Assembly: GCA_904063045.1 (NCBI GenBank)
Contig: CAJFCJ010000006.1
Location: 1,589,601 to 1,653,600, forward strand
DNA length: 64,000 bases
Origin: Dimorphilus gyrociliatus
Taxonomy: Eukaryota; Animalia; Annelida
Direction of reading: 5' to 3'
Notes under the pieces: generated by a model
What the model saw: only the letters and a program-made list of their open reading frames with translations
The model's database searches: none
Told to the model about the DNA's origin: nothing
Translations under genes and position numbers: made by a program
Shown here: in pieces, positions 11,505 to 27,078 of the stretch
Position numbering within the stretch: position 1 is the first letter of the stretch
Layout of the letters: the number at the start of each line of letters is the position of its first letter

Positions 11505-12536
11505 ATGGCATCACGAAAAAAGGTTCTCCTAAAAGTTATAATTCTCGGCGATAGCGGGTTAGCATAATTTTTTTTAATTAATTTCACCCAATTAAGAATC
11601 ATTTTAGCGAATAGAAGAAATTACGATTCTATTTTTTAATTATACATATTCAATTTGAACCTTGAATTGAACAGTGTTATATATATAAATAGGTTAAAAA
11701 TATAGAATCTCTACTTAAATCTACCCCTCCTTTTTAAGCCTTTACTCTCAACAAAAAAAATTGCAAGTCATCAGTACAGCTCGGCCAAATCTTATGATAT
11801 TTCATTTTTAATCCAAAACAGAGTTGGTAAAACGTCGCTTATGAACCAATATGTGAACAAACGATTCACTAATCAATATAAAGCAACAATTGGAGCGGAT
11901 TTTCTTACTAAAGAAGTCATGGTTGATGATCGTTTAGTAACGATGCAAATTTGGGATACAGCAGGCCAAGAACGTTTTCAATCTTTAGGGGTTGCTTTCT
12001 ACAGAGGTGCAGATTGCTGTGTTTTGGTTTATGACGTGACTCAAACGAACACTTTCAAAGCGTTGGACGAATGGAGGGACGAATTTTTGATCCAGGCCTC
12101 ACCTAGAGATTCCGAAAATTTCCCATTCGTTGTCATCGGGAACAAGATCGATTTGGATAATCGGTCAGTTAGTACTAAAAGAGCTCAGAATTGGTGTCAT
12201 TCAAAGGGAGATGTTCCATATTTTGAAACAAGTGCAAAGGAAGCATTAAATGTTGAACAAGCTTTTCAGGTAATGAATCATCCCATTTGAAACTAGGTTG
12301 TAATAATTTCCAATGTCAGTCAAAGATATCATATGGTCTTTGTAAACTATTTCATAAGATAGTGTCATTTTTCCTTTGCAAGCTGTCCATACTTAACTAT
12401 TTTTTTAACTCCACAGGCCGTTGCGAAGAATGCTTTGGCCCAAGAAAATGAAATGGACGTCATGAACGAATTCCCTGCTCCTATTACCCTAAATCCTACG
12501 AACCAGCCAAGCAAAGATAATTCCTGTTCATGTTGA
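11505..12536 (+). CDS. RAB7A: Ras-related protein Rab7, 3 coding exons
   Basis: [18 protein letters not shown]|[37 protein letters not shown] and C-terminal CSC prenylation motif. Confidence 0.98.
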
Positions 12537-12973
12537 CGCAGTTTTCCTGGGGCTTGTCTATATGTAACAGATTATTAGAAAATGACGTTGTTCATTTTTG
12601 TCCTATAATTTTATTACAACGTTCGTCTAAATTAACTATATTTTGTGTAGAAAATTCAAATTATTAAATAATCGTTACCATTCTCTATGATACATTCTAC
12701 ATAAATTTGTACTGCATATTTAAAAGAAAAAAAAAGACAAACAAAAGAAGTGTGGCGAAATGAAATATCCCGTATTCACATTTATCTGTAAAAGTACGCT
12801 TTTTTTATATCTCTTTGGTCTCACCAATTTTATTAATTCATTTGTGAAAAAAAATTAATATTTAAGGTATAGTCCGATTACAATATTACAGTTTTTCCAC
12901 AAAAACGCTAAAAAACTACAAAACTTCGAATTAGCTAATGTCGCTCCATTCCACTTCCTTCTCAGTTTGCTCC

Positions 12974-13706
12974 TTAGACTTGATCGAGAGGAACTGGAAG
13001 TTTTGTTACTACGTAGGGTTTTGGAGCTGGGAGAACTCTGCATGCCTTTATCGTTACGTTGAGATTTGGACGATCGTGACCATCGGTTCGTACATTTTGT
13101 ATAAGGTCAACTATTCTCATGCCTGCTAATACCTTACCAAATACAACGTGATGACCATCCAACCAGGGAGTGACAACAGTCTGAATAACAAACTGTGCGC
13201 CATTAGTATTTGGTCCAGCATTTGCCATAGAAACGAATCCTGCTCCGTAGTGTTTTACAAGGCTCATATCCTCATCTCTAAAGTTGACGAATTGGCCATT
13301 GACAACGAAAATAGAGTGTCCACCTCTACCGTTGGCGTATTCGTAATCACCTCCTTGAATCATAAAATCTTTAATACATCTATGGAAAATGGCTTTTCTA
13401 TAGCCATACCCATATGTGTGATTACACAAGTGTATATGATTCCTGGTTGTTATAGGGTATGTATTACCGAACAATCCCAAACGAATCGTGCCTATATCCA
13501 TACCTCCGATGGCGATGTCAATTTCTGTTTCATTGGTAACAGTAAGAGGATCTTCATTCTTATGTGGAACTACCTTCTCAACCGTTTTATCGTGTTTTAA
13601 CGTCAGTTTTGGTTTCAAGAATACATCATCTTTGAGCTTTGATAAAAATGAAATGTATATTAGTAAAAACTAAACGTGTCAGACACAGTATGGTACGCCC
13701 GTGCAT
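12974..13706 (-). CDS. PPIB: Cyclophilin-type peptidyl-prolyl isomerase (cyclophilin B/C-like); start uncertain (ORF from 13618, candidate ATG at 13706)
   Basis: FHRCIKDFMIQGGD, SMANAGPNTNGAQF and WLDGHHVVFGKV. Confidence 0.85.
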
Positions 13707-14491
13707 TCAGTATAAATATATAAGATATATATAGGTCTACAAGCACGATCTGATTATACAATATCTATAGAGAAGAAAAGTCTCGAAACTTTGTTATAAT
13801 TCTCTGTTCCTTAGTTTAAATTAGCTTAAAACACAGTATTATTTATACCTTATTACTTAAGGCTAAGCCTAATAGAAGGAATCCAACCAAAAACTTCATA
13901 TTTCAAGTTAGCGTGAAGAACGAGAGAAGTCTGTTTTTCACCCGGGCTATGTAAGGATTTGTGCCAAAGTCCTGCTATATATAGAAAGTATTGTGCAGGG
14001 TGTGTATAGCCTAGTGTTTGATATTGAAACTACTTTCATAGTGCCTTCACCATATTTTCCCTTGAAGAATAGAAAAAAGGTACAGAAGGATTATTCGCAC
14101 GACCAGTGAATGTATAATTTTTACCCTGGTTATTTAATTAGCAATTAGGAAATTTTTGAAAATTATTTTTAATAATTAAACTCAGCTATGATAATCTGAC
14201 AAAAATTAAATATTTGAAAATTTTATTGATAGCTAGGAGTTGCGAAAATATTTAGAGTAAAGGGCGATAATAAGTATGGGAGTATTTAAGTGAGAGAGAT
14301 TTATTGAACTGCATCGTATGTTATTATTCGTCAATTGCCCGTTAGAAGGCGCTGCAATCGCATGACGTCACGCTCAGTGTCGCCATTACTACTATTAAAT
14401 AATTCTCACAGATTTTCACCTTGAAAACGACATTTTGTACACCTTTTCACTTAGCCTAATCGAACCATCAGGCGTTCTTTTACAACCTAAG

Positions 14492-15884
14492 ATGACAATT
14501 CTCCCGAAAAAGAAAGTGGGGAAGGAGAAAAGCGACGGTGAAGGCGAAGGCCAACGTTCGACGTCACCGAATCGTTGGACAAATACAGCTTCTACGTCCA
14601 GAGAGGAGCACGAACAGAGTTCAACCACTGAAGTTCACAGAGAACCTCACAAACGGAGGCACAGGTCGTCACCCCACCGACTCAGGAAATTACGACATGA
14701 TCGTTCAGCTACAAGCCCTCAAACAAATTCATCGAGTGAACATGAGGAAGACGAGCAAAGCTTTGTAAGCGTTGAACAGGCTGAGCAATGGTTTGGAAAC
14801 GCTTTAAAAGAAAAACACGGTTTTATTATCAAGGAAATGGGTCAGGATGGCGCCTGTTTATTCCGGGCTGTTGGTATGTGTATATCAAGCTTCTATTTAA
14901 TGTTTTATCTGTTTACAACTTATTAATATTTTGACTTTCAGCTGATCAAATTTTTGGCGATCAGGAAATGCACGAAATCATACGGAAAAGTTGCATGGAC
15001 TATATGGTTCGTCATGTCATGATTAATCATCTTGTTATTAACCTATTTTTTTTTTATTATCTAAACAGGCAAAAAATGCAGATTTTTTCTGTCAATACGT
15101 CGTTGGTGAATTTAAAGAATATCTCATCCGAAAAACTGATCCCAGTTGTCACGGAGATAATGTGGAAATTCAAGCGATGGCCGAACTCTACAATAGACCG
15201 ATAGAAGTATATAGATACTCAACCGATCCTATTAATACCTTTCAGGCGGCCTATAAAACGGACAACGAACCGATTAGGATATCCTATCACCGAGATTGTC
15301 ATTATAATTCCATTGTTCATCCATATAGAGCTAGTATTGGCGTCGGGCTGGGTTTACCTGACTTCGAACCAGGCATGGCCGATAAGAAGTTATTAAAAGA
15401 TGCTCTTGAGAAGAGTGAACGAGTACAATTGGAAGACGCCATGCTGGCGGACAAGACAAAGGAAACCGATTGGGAAATGACGCAGGGAATGCTAGAAGAA
15501 CACGTTGCCAGGGAATCTTATCTTCAATGGGTTAGAGAACAGCACGCTGCACCTCGACCCGAGCCAACAGCGACTGCAACTGCACCAGCAGAATCATCTC
15601 CCCAGGCTGGATGCTCTTCGGCAGCTACTCCGCCCCCTACCGATCGTGTGAAGACACCTGAACCTGAAGGAGCCGTTGGCGGTGTCCCAGATCTACCTCC
15701 CCAATTATACGGTAAGGCAGCAATTCCTTCAACAGTTTTCGATCTCTATCAACGTTCTTCGTCTGTAGGTATAGCACCCTACGAAGATGAAGACGACGTT
15801 CTCGCCCGTGTAATGGCTGCATCGGAACAGGAATACTTCGATAGCCTCCGTATACAAAACGATACACCGAAAGGTGAAAGTTAA
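14492..15884 (+). CDS. OTUD5: OTU deubiquitinase 5; exons 14492-14873, 14942-15006, 15069-15884
   Basis: N-terminal MTILPKKK, catalytic [19 protein letters not shown] His loop and C-terminal UIM ([15 protein letters not shown]). Confidence 0.95.
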
Positions 15885-17443
15885 TGTACGGAGAAAATAT
15901 ATAAAAAGAACTGCTATTTGATATGAGACGAAGCCGTGTAATTTATTTTTATTTTCGTGCCATCTTCGTGGTGAGTAGAGAGGCGTTCTTTTTCGTTTTC
16001 TAATTGTTAACGTATCTCATTCAAAAATTTCGTCGAGAAATTTAAAATTGAAAAAATTCCAAATTTGGTTTGATTCGAGATTAAAAAATCGAAAAAATTA
16101 ACTTTTCTGGCGTGATCAGAAGGATATGCAAAATTTGTCAAAAGTATAAAAAGTAGGCTTAATTATCTTTACTTTTTGTGAAGTCAAATTAATTCTAATA
16201 CAAAACGTCATTGAATTAATGTTTATATATAAATTACGTATACATTTATATATTCGTTTTTTTTTCTCTATCTTCTCTCTATAGTTTCCATTCTAGATCG
16301 ATGTAAAGACAGTATCAAACAATTCTTGAGTAGTATAAACAAAGGTGTTTTTTGTTGAATTTCTTTATTTTTTTCTTATATATTTTTAGTAGTTTCGAAA
16401 TATGCTGTTTTTTTTTAATCTAACGAAAATTCAATTATTTTTACGATCTAATAAATCTGTTGAATATTGACTACGACAAAAATTGGAAAACGTGAGTCAA
16501 TGCAATTATCTTCTTTGTTTCATTCTCTGTCTATTCCACCCTCCCCCCTCTTTTTTTTCTTTTCCTCTCTCTCTTTCTCTCTCTCTCTCTCTTGATGTAG
16601 TTTTTAACAAGAATAAATTATCCGAGTGCAGCTGACTCTGCAGAAGATACTTTCATTGCAGATTATTTGACAAACTGAGAAATAGTCAGTAAAATAATTT
16701 TATTCCATAATGTTATAGATATGAAAAAAAGGTATTACTTTAAATTGTTTATTACTTTGTAATTGTTCTTTTACGGGATGACATTGATGTGAAATTTACT
16801 TAGTATTAAATAACAATAACATTTTTGTTCTTGCATCCTAAATTGTGCTACTTACATTGAAAAAAAAGTATCTAATGGAAAAATATATTTACCTGTCAAA
16901 ACTTTCATGTCTAGATGTATTTATTTATTTAAAAGCCTTTTTTTTTTAAAAAAAAAACAAAAATTGAACTATAGATTTCGATTTTCTGCCCTTGTATTTC
17001 TTTAATATCTATAATTTATGTATTGAGTATTTTGTGTGTAAGTTAAAATAAGTTATTATTACAAACAAAGGGGTTATAAACATTTGAAAAAAATTGTTTG
17101 TCTCTCTATCTCTTTCTTCCATTTTATGGATAATTTTTCAAAGGGTAAATATAATTGGAATGCTGTCTAGAAAGTTATTAAACTTGGTTATTCTTCGGGA
17201 TACGGAAACTAATGATTATTAGCATGAGGTACGAAATAAGAAATCTCATTAATATAGAGAGTTTTTGATATTCAAAAACGTTCATATGTAGGTATATAAT
17301 TTATATTTAGATAGTAATTTTGAATAGGTATATCACAGTTGCAACTGGTTATCACCGGTCGATGATAAAACTAATTAATATCGGGGAATTTTTGATTTAC
17401 TAACTCTCTCTCGCTCTCTGTCTTCTTTTATGCATCTTCTCAC

Positions 17444-18644
17444 CTAATTATTCATAATGGGATTGAGATATAATTTATGATAATCGGACTCAGAAATTGT
17501 CTTCATTTCGGCATAATGGAGAATGTGCTTGTCTAAATCTTCATCAAAGGAGACTGAAGTAACGAAAAGTAATACTTCTTCGTCCGTGTTAGATTGAGCA
17601 GCGACGAATGAAGAAGCAAATCTGTTAGGCGGGTGGCGAATTTTTCTTAAAACATTGTATTCTAGAAGGACTTGCTCGTTGCTAGAGTACTTTGAAAGGG
17701 CCAAAAGTTTAGTATTAGAAAATTTGCGTAGGTCATCTTTGTTATTCTCATTACTAATGTAGATGGCGTTAATGTTGCCTGAATTTTTAAGCGCTTTGTC
17801 CATGACATCCTGTAATCTTGTTGAGTCCATTCTGGAAGTAGATATTGTAATTGCCCGACCCTCGAGCGTCCATTTGCTTAGGAGCATCTTCCAAACATTA
17901 TTTATTATCGTTAGGCTGTCGTAGTTACCTCCACCACCGTTTATTTTATCCAAAGATGCCTCGTCGAGTTCGCGTGTGAGAATATCTATAGTGTTACTCA
18001 CATCATGCGTAAAATGTTCCATTCGTCGATGCGTTTCATTCTGTTCCAGATGCTCTAATCGATGGCGGAAGTGGTCGTCCAATATGTATGACTCAATTGA
18101 ATTACTGTCCCTAAAAGTCGTTGTTTCCACGTCTTTCTTATAATGACAATCTTCATAACGGCATGGAGGAGGCGGCTTAAAAATATCGTAATTAGGATCG
18201 TAATGAAGTAGCACATTCTGAAAATCCTCTGTAAACCATTTATAAACTTGATGACCTGTGAAAATGATGTCTCCGGAAACCATATAAACGGAAGCCGTAA
18301 AAAGGTTGGTTTCCAATATCAACCTGTGCAATTCATTCTGTTTATCCCTAATTTGTCGGTATTTAAATCTAACAACTGGAAAATTGCGTGGATGCTGCAG
18401 AACATTAGCCCAGAACACTGCTAGCAATATACAGCCCCTATTTTGATCGACATGTTCATGTTTGATAGCAATACTATCCGTTTTAGGCCAAATCGATACT
18501 CTCTCGGTTGTCTTATCAAAAACGAACGCTCGAATAAAATCGTACAGTTTATTAGCAGATCTATGATTTAAATAAACTAATTAGTCAATTTCTAATTAAT
18601 TCCTTTCACTTTAATAATCTATTCGCCATCGAAACTTACCCCAT
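17444..18644 (-). CDS. Uncharacterised 373-aa protein starting MGSANK; exons 18644-18640 and 18560-17444
   Basis: The ORF is stop-free from acceptor CATAG|A at 18560. The micro first coding exon ATG GG|GTAAGT restores the frame. Confidence 0.75.
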
Positions 18645-19024
18645 GTCTATGTTGATACAGCAACCTTCATGTGCTATGGCAACACGGTGACAGTAGTCCT
18701 ACCACTAATACTGCAACTATTTACATTGTATCTAATAGCAACCGTAAACGATAAAGGAAAATTTGTATTTTTAACGAACCATCTGAATGTTTGTTTGTTT
18801 GTTTGTTTGTTAAATTTCGTTTTGTAATCAAAGAGAGAAAAATAAGATAAACAAATATACGACGTCAAAAAAATTTTGTTAGCCTTTGTTAATTTTTTTC
18901 CCCCGCAAACAAATTTAAAGTGTTTTTTTCTTTGTTTTTTGTTTTCTTCTTGCTTATTTCTTTTTTTTTTTAAGACTAAATTTTTAGTAGAAAATACAAA
19001 TAAAAACAAACAATCGTACAGCAG

Positions 19025-21401
<2,377 letters not shown>

Positions 21402-21623
21402 AACGTCCCAGGCGTTTCTCTCCGCTATTCGACGTCAGCGTCTCTCGAATGACGTCAGGTAAAAATGGCGGAATTAATGCAGATGCGTAATCGACGCACA
21501 ACAACCAGACTACAGATGACGTTAGCGTCTCTTTTTTTCAAAAAGCATTGTTTTCTAAAAGTTAGTCAGTGAAAACAATTTCCGGCGTCCTTTTATTCTT
21601 TTAAACTATTTTAAAGAACAAAT

Positions 21624-22473
21624 CTATTCGAAACATCTGTCATCATAATTCAAACTTTGTGGTTCTGTGGTCGTTGACCTATTTAAAAACTCAGATATTG
21701 AATGGTCGTTAACATCACGTTTCAGTTACTGGACACTAATATTTTGAATTCCCCATACTCACAACTGCCCGAATGATGACAAACACTTGTGGTAGTTTTT
21801 CCACCGTATTCTATTATTAATGTTTTTGTTTTTCCTCAATTTTTTCTCCCCCACCATCGCCTATCAAGTCTCGTTATCCTCGTTATCAGCTTATATTTGT
21901 TTTTAGCGTACATATTTTTGGTATTTAATACATATTTATATTATTTCAAGACAGATTAATACCGATATTAATCTATTTGTTGCTGATTTAAAAGATATTG
22001 GGTCTTACAATCCCATTTCCTCACCCGAACAAAGGAGGGCTTCCTCTAGTTTCTTTTCTCTATACAATTATTATTATTTAGATTACTATTAATCTATTCA
22101 AATTTTTAATCTTGAATATGCTTGAGGTATTCAACCAGAAAAATCGTTATCAATTAAGTCCACTCTGGAGGTCCGACATTCTTGCGGTTTCAGGTGTTTC
22201 TCGTTGATTCTGCTAAAATCTACAAGTCTCTTGCTCTCAGTTTTTTCTCTGTCTCTCTAACTTCCTTGCACTTCTCTTCCGCTTTTTTATTTACTTGGTT
22301 AATCAATGATTCTTATCAACCGGAATTTGTATATACTTTGTTATTTCTGTATTTAGAAATAATATACTCTTAATTACCTTTTCTGTATACAAAAGCTATT
22401 GGTACTAGTTGGCGAACAAGCGGAATTGCGTTAGGCCTTACAATTTTTATTGCTGAGATATCTTTAGTGTTTC
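21624..22473 (-). CDS. Putative unannotated gene; five short exons (22473-22378, 22311-22224, 22059-22009, 21810-21763, 21678-21624); start not resolved
   Basis: Four GT-AG introns with mutually compatible phases give one stop-free frame: ...RPNAIPLVRQLVPIAFVYRKESLINQVNKKAEEKCKEVRETEKKLRARDLEKKLEEALLCSGEEMGLIRWKNYHKCLSSFGQLSTTTEPQSLNYDDRCFE*. Confidence 0.5.
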
Positions 22474-23574
22474 CTTATTTCTAAATTAACTATGTAATAT
22501 TGATGACAAGTCCTTCGAAACGGTCACAGGATGGTATCATGGTACAAAAAAAATGAAACAAGAGACCTTGTCCTATATACTTTTAGTTAGAAAAAAAAAG
22601 TAAGGACAACTGTGCCAACCGGTTTTTTTTAGGCCAATTAATGCAATTTTGAATGTTAAAGCTCTTCCCAAAAGAAGAGTGGGAGGGTATTTGGTTATGG
22701 AGAAAAGAGAGGGCGAGGTTTTACATATATTAGCCAATATAATAGTATCTTCTATATATATATATATATATATTATTATATATATATATATATACTGTAG
22801 ATATATATATATATATATCAATATATACTAATATATCCCAAATCCTGAATAAAATGTATATAGACACTTCCTTTTACGCTTTATAATTTTCTGACAATAT
22901 TAGATTACAAGAGTGAGCTTTTGGGCCAATAAACTTTTCTCAAGTTGAATGACACTTGTACTTTGGATTTAGATTAAAAAAATTGTTTCTTTATTTAAAA
23001 TTGAATTTCTTTAAATAGGGAAACTACAATAAAAAAAACATTCTTTTTTTATTTTGTAAAAAGAGCTTATTGTGCAATGCTTAATTCTTTTTAGATAACG
23101 TCAAATGTCAGACATTGTAGGCTTTTTTTATAATGTGCTACAAGGCAGTGATATCTATATATAGGTAAAAGTAGAAAAAAGTGAAGTGGAATTATTGCAT
23201 AATTCAACTGTTAATCGTTAATTCGTGAAATCATATGCTAATGCAACTATTTCCTAAAATGGACATTCTATTTTACTTTAGCGATTAAGAAAACAAGTTA
23301 AATAATGGCTTATTTACCTAATAAATGCTTAGTAAACTATCTTTGAGGGGGGGAAGCTTACAAGGGGGGCTTGCTTCGTGACATATATAGATCCATACGT
23401 CAGCAGTGAATTCCGGTCGACTAGCCAATCAAAGACTTTCAACTGAATAATATAGTATATATATAGGATTGTCATAGTACTACGTTTCATTCATAACCAA
23501 CGCTTCGTTGAAGTAGCACATCGAAAGGTTTTTTTGTGAAAGATAAGCTTTTGTAAGAGCTTGAATAGAAAACC

Positions 23575-25564
23575 ATGGAATTCAATAGAACGACATCGAT
23601 TGTTCTGTCTGGTACAATTATAACAATCGCTTCAGCCTACTATATCAAAAAGAAACTTTTACGAAATAGGTAAGAAATCCTCAAATAGAATTTATACGTG
23701 TCTTATTTCTTAAGAAAGAATAATTGAAATAGAACACCAACATTATGTAAGATCGTGTGACGCCTTTTGATAAGTCATCGATAAAGTATTTGGCTTATAT
23801 AAAAGATACAATATTCAGAGCATTATCATAATGACTCATACAGAAAAAGTTTGATGATTTATCTTCTTCCACGATCTTTTCTTAGATTTTTGTTGATTTG
23901 TTTGTCACGATATTTTGTTACTATTTTTTAGACGGAAGAAAGAACCACCAATAGTTGCTGGACATCTTATTTATGGTTCTGCTAAAGATTTTAATGAAAA
24001 TGCTGTTGAATTTTTGCACAAGAGCGAGGTAGAACATGGAAAAGTCTTTACAATTCGACTAGTTAATCAATACTTAACAATAATCACGGATCCAAGATGT
24101 TACGAGTTGGTACATAGGGAAAAGAATTTCGACTTTGATCCAATTCAGGAACAAGTAAATAGAAATGTTTTCAACTTTAACGTTATACACGCTGGTCAAG
24201 TTATTAAGGATATGTCGCGAGCGACAAAGGGACAATGGCTAATTAAAGACGTTTCAAACTTTTCGGACAAACTAAATCTTGCTCTAAATAGATTTGAGCA
24301 AGAGAACGTTGGCTTAAGACAATTTTGCGCCGAAACGATATTCGACGCAATCTTTAATACAGTTTTCGGACAATCAGATAGGAATGCTCCTTTTAATCCG
24401 TTGAGAACTTATAAGAATTTCGAATATTACCACAAATATTTCAATTACATGTGGCTGGGTCTACCGAAAAAGTTTATGCCAGGAATTATGGACACTCTTT
24501 GCGATATGTGCCAACAGCCTTCCGCCGAAGAGCTCCTTTCGAGGGAAGACTGCTCAGAGTACATCAAAAGAGGCATTCGTCACCTACTCGAAAATGGTCA
24601 GACCGAAGCCGATGTAATTGGTCATAATTTAGTTATGCTTCACGTAAACTACAATACATTTCGTATGGCTTTTTGGGTATTGTATTATTTGCTTCGAGAT
24701 GCCGAAGCTTGGAAGCACCTTTCGGAAGAAATAGAAGAGTTATCTGATAAAACTTCACTTTCAACTGGAGACGTTGATCGTTTAAGAGTGCTTGGTAAGT
24801 TTTATCCTAAAGTTTTCACTTTTTTAAACTGTGTCCCTTAACTTCCTACGTCGTAAATTTCCCTGTTTTTTTTAAGCATAGAAATTTACGACCGTTTAAG
24901 TGGATGCATAAAAAGATGAAAGGAATTTAGAATATTTCCTTTTTTTTAAAAAAAAAAACATTCACATTTATAAAAATATTTTATTTTCTCTTTAAAACAG
25001 ACTCAATCGTTCAGGAAAGTGCGAGATTAAGCAGCGGAGTTTTTATGGTTAGATACGTTACAGAAGATACCATGTTCAAAACACCAGACAACAAAGAGTT
25101 CTTAATAAGAAAAGGAGATAGAGTAGCTATGTACCCTCCTGCCATTCATAAGGATCCCAATATTTTCGCTGATCCTTTGGTAAATATATTTTATTGAGAT
25201 TTTTCATTAAAAAAAAAATTAATTAAAATATTTTTAATAAAAAAATTCTCTTTCTTCTTTATTTGAACAGAAATTTCAATTCGACCGATTTATAAGTAAG
25301 GTATTTTATAAAGATGGAGAAATAGTCAAAAATCCCGTTATGCCTTTTGGTACTATTTGCCCTGGGAAGAGGCTGGCCCTTCTTCAATTGAAATTGTTCA
25401 TTATCAATGTAGTCTCAAATTTCGATGTTAAATTAAATGATGGAGAAACAACCGAATTAGATAATACGTATCATGGACACGAAGTTCTACCGCCCACCAA
25501 CGACGTACAAATGACAATCAAAAGGAAACGGGAAAATCTCTCCTCACTTGGGTGCTTTTCTTAA
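23575..25564 (+). CDS. Cytochrome P450, CYP7/CYP8-clan-like; exons 23575-23669, 23932-24794, 25001-25179, 25271-25564
   Basis: N-terminal membrane anchor, EPPIVAG hinge, ExxR (ESAR), FDRF and heme-ligand PFGTICPG. Confidence 0.92.
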
Positions 25565-27036
25565 ATGAGATTCGCATTGAAATTATTTATGTCACTTATT
25601 AAAAAGCCGGATTTGTTCAAAACCAAGCAAAAAAAAAAAACGGAAGAGAAGAATATTTGTCAACTTTCTATTTATTTTACTTTTTGTTTCTTTTATATTC
25701 TTTTTTGTTTCTCTCTCTTTTTTCTTTTTTTTGCTGTCTGATCATCAGGCCAAAAATTTTGCCATAGTAATTAACATACTATGAATATTAATTTATTATT
25801 TGCATAATAATATTCCAGTAAAATGTTTAATAAGTAAAAAAGAAAAAAAATGAAAAAAAAATGACGATCTGCCAACAATTTATGAATTTTTGTTTTTTTT
25901 TTGTATTTTATCACAGAAAATGCTCTTAACTGTCTCGTTATATATTGTATTTTTACTTGTCATATCATCAACTATCGCAAAAAATCTGCTATAGACAAAA
26001 CATATATGTTTTTGAATGGATGATTTGTAAAGGAGAAAGAAATAAGGCGTTCTTGAAAGAAAAATATGTTTTATGCTATTTTGAACATAACAACCGTCTT
26101 TCTGATGAACAATATTTTATCTATATACTAATGAGAACTAATGTAATTTTGTTTTGTCACTATTTATTCGTTCCTATCTTCCTTTTCTATAAGAAAGGAA
26201 GAAGAATTCAAGTAACTAGTCTTTTACATATATATGGAAATTCTACTTTGCCATAAACGGTCAAAACTTATATATATATATATATTTATTTCAATATATA
26301 CTTAATCTTACCTATATATAAAGTAGATGAGAGAAATTTCAAATATGAGAATAATCTGAAGAGAAAAAATACCCATGTTTTATGAATACACTTTAAAAAA
26401 AAATCGTATTATCAGAAGATATTCGCGTAAAAAAAAACTGGTTATCTTTAGGATGAATGAAGCTGAAATATATCGTAATAAAATATCTCGTTAAATCTTG
26501 GAATTATTTACGCAAACGAAAGTAAAAAACCAAAAATAAAAAAATCTACTTTTATATCTTTGAATATAAAGTTTTTATTATTATTAAAATTAATAAAAAA
26601 GAGAGAAAATTAGTCTATAAATATGTTCCGCTTCCTAAAAGAACTATATCTTTAGTAAATTCTTATCAAACTTTCTCTTAATTTTGATTAAATAGGTTAA
26701 GGACGCTTAAAAAACTATCTTTCTTGATATATGTAAAATGTTACTATTCTAGTTAAATATATATTTATTTAACTTTTCATTTGCATGTAAAAGAAATGCA
26801 TATATTTATATATATTTTTAACTTTTTATACGTCAATAACATGTGTTTTATTCTTTTGATCTCTCTCTTTCTCTCTCTCGCTCTCTCTTATTTTTTTTAA
26901 AGCGTGGGTGGTAGTTAACACTTTGTCGTTGTTGAAAACTTTATGCAGTTGACGTGTTCGACTGGATCGAAGGTCTATTTTATTTCTCAAGGTTATTTAA
27001 AGTATTCAGCTTGTCTGGAAGTCTAGATTATACGTA

Positions 27037-27078
<42 letters not shown>

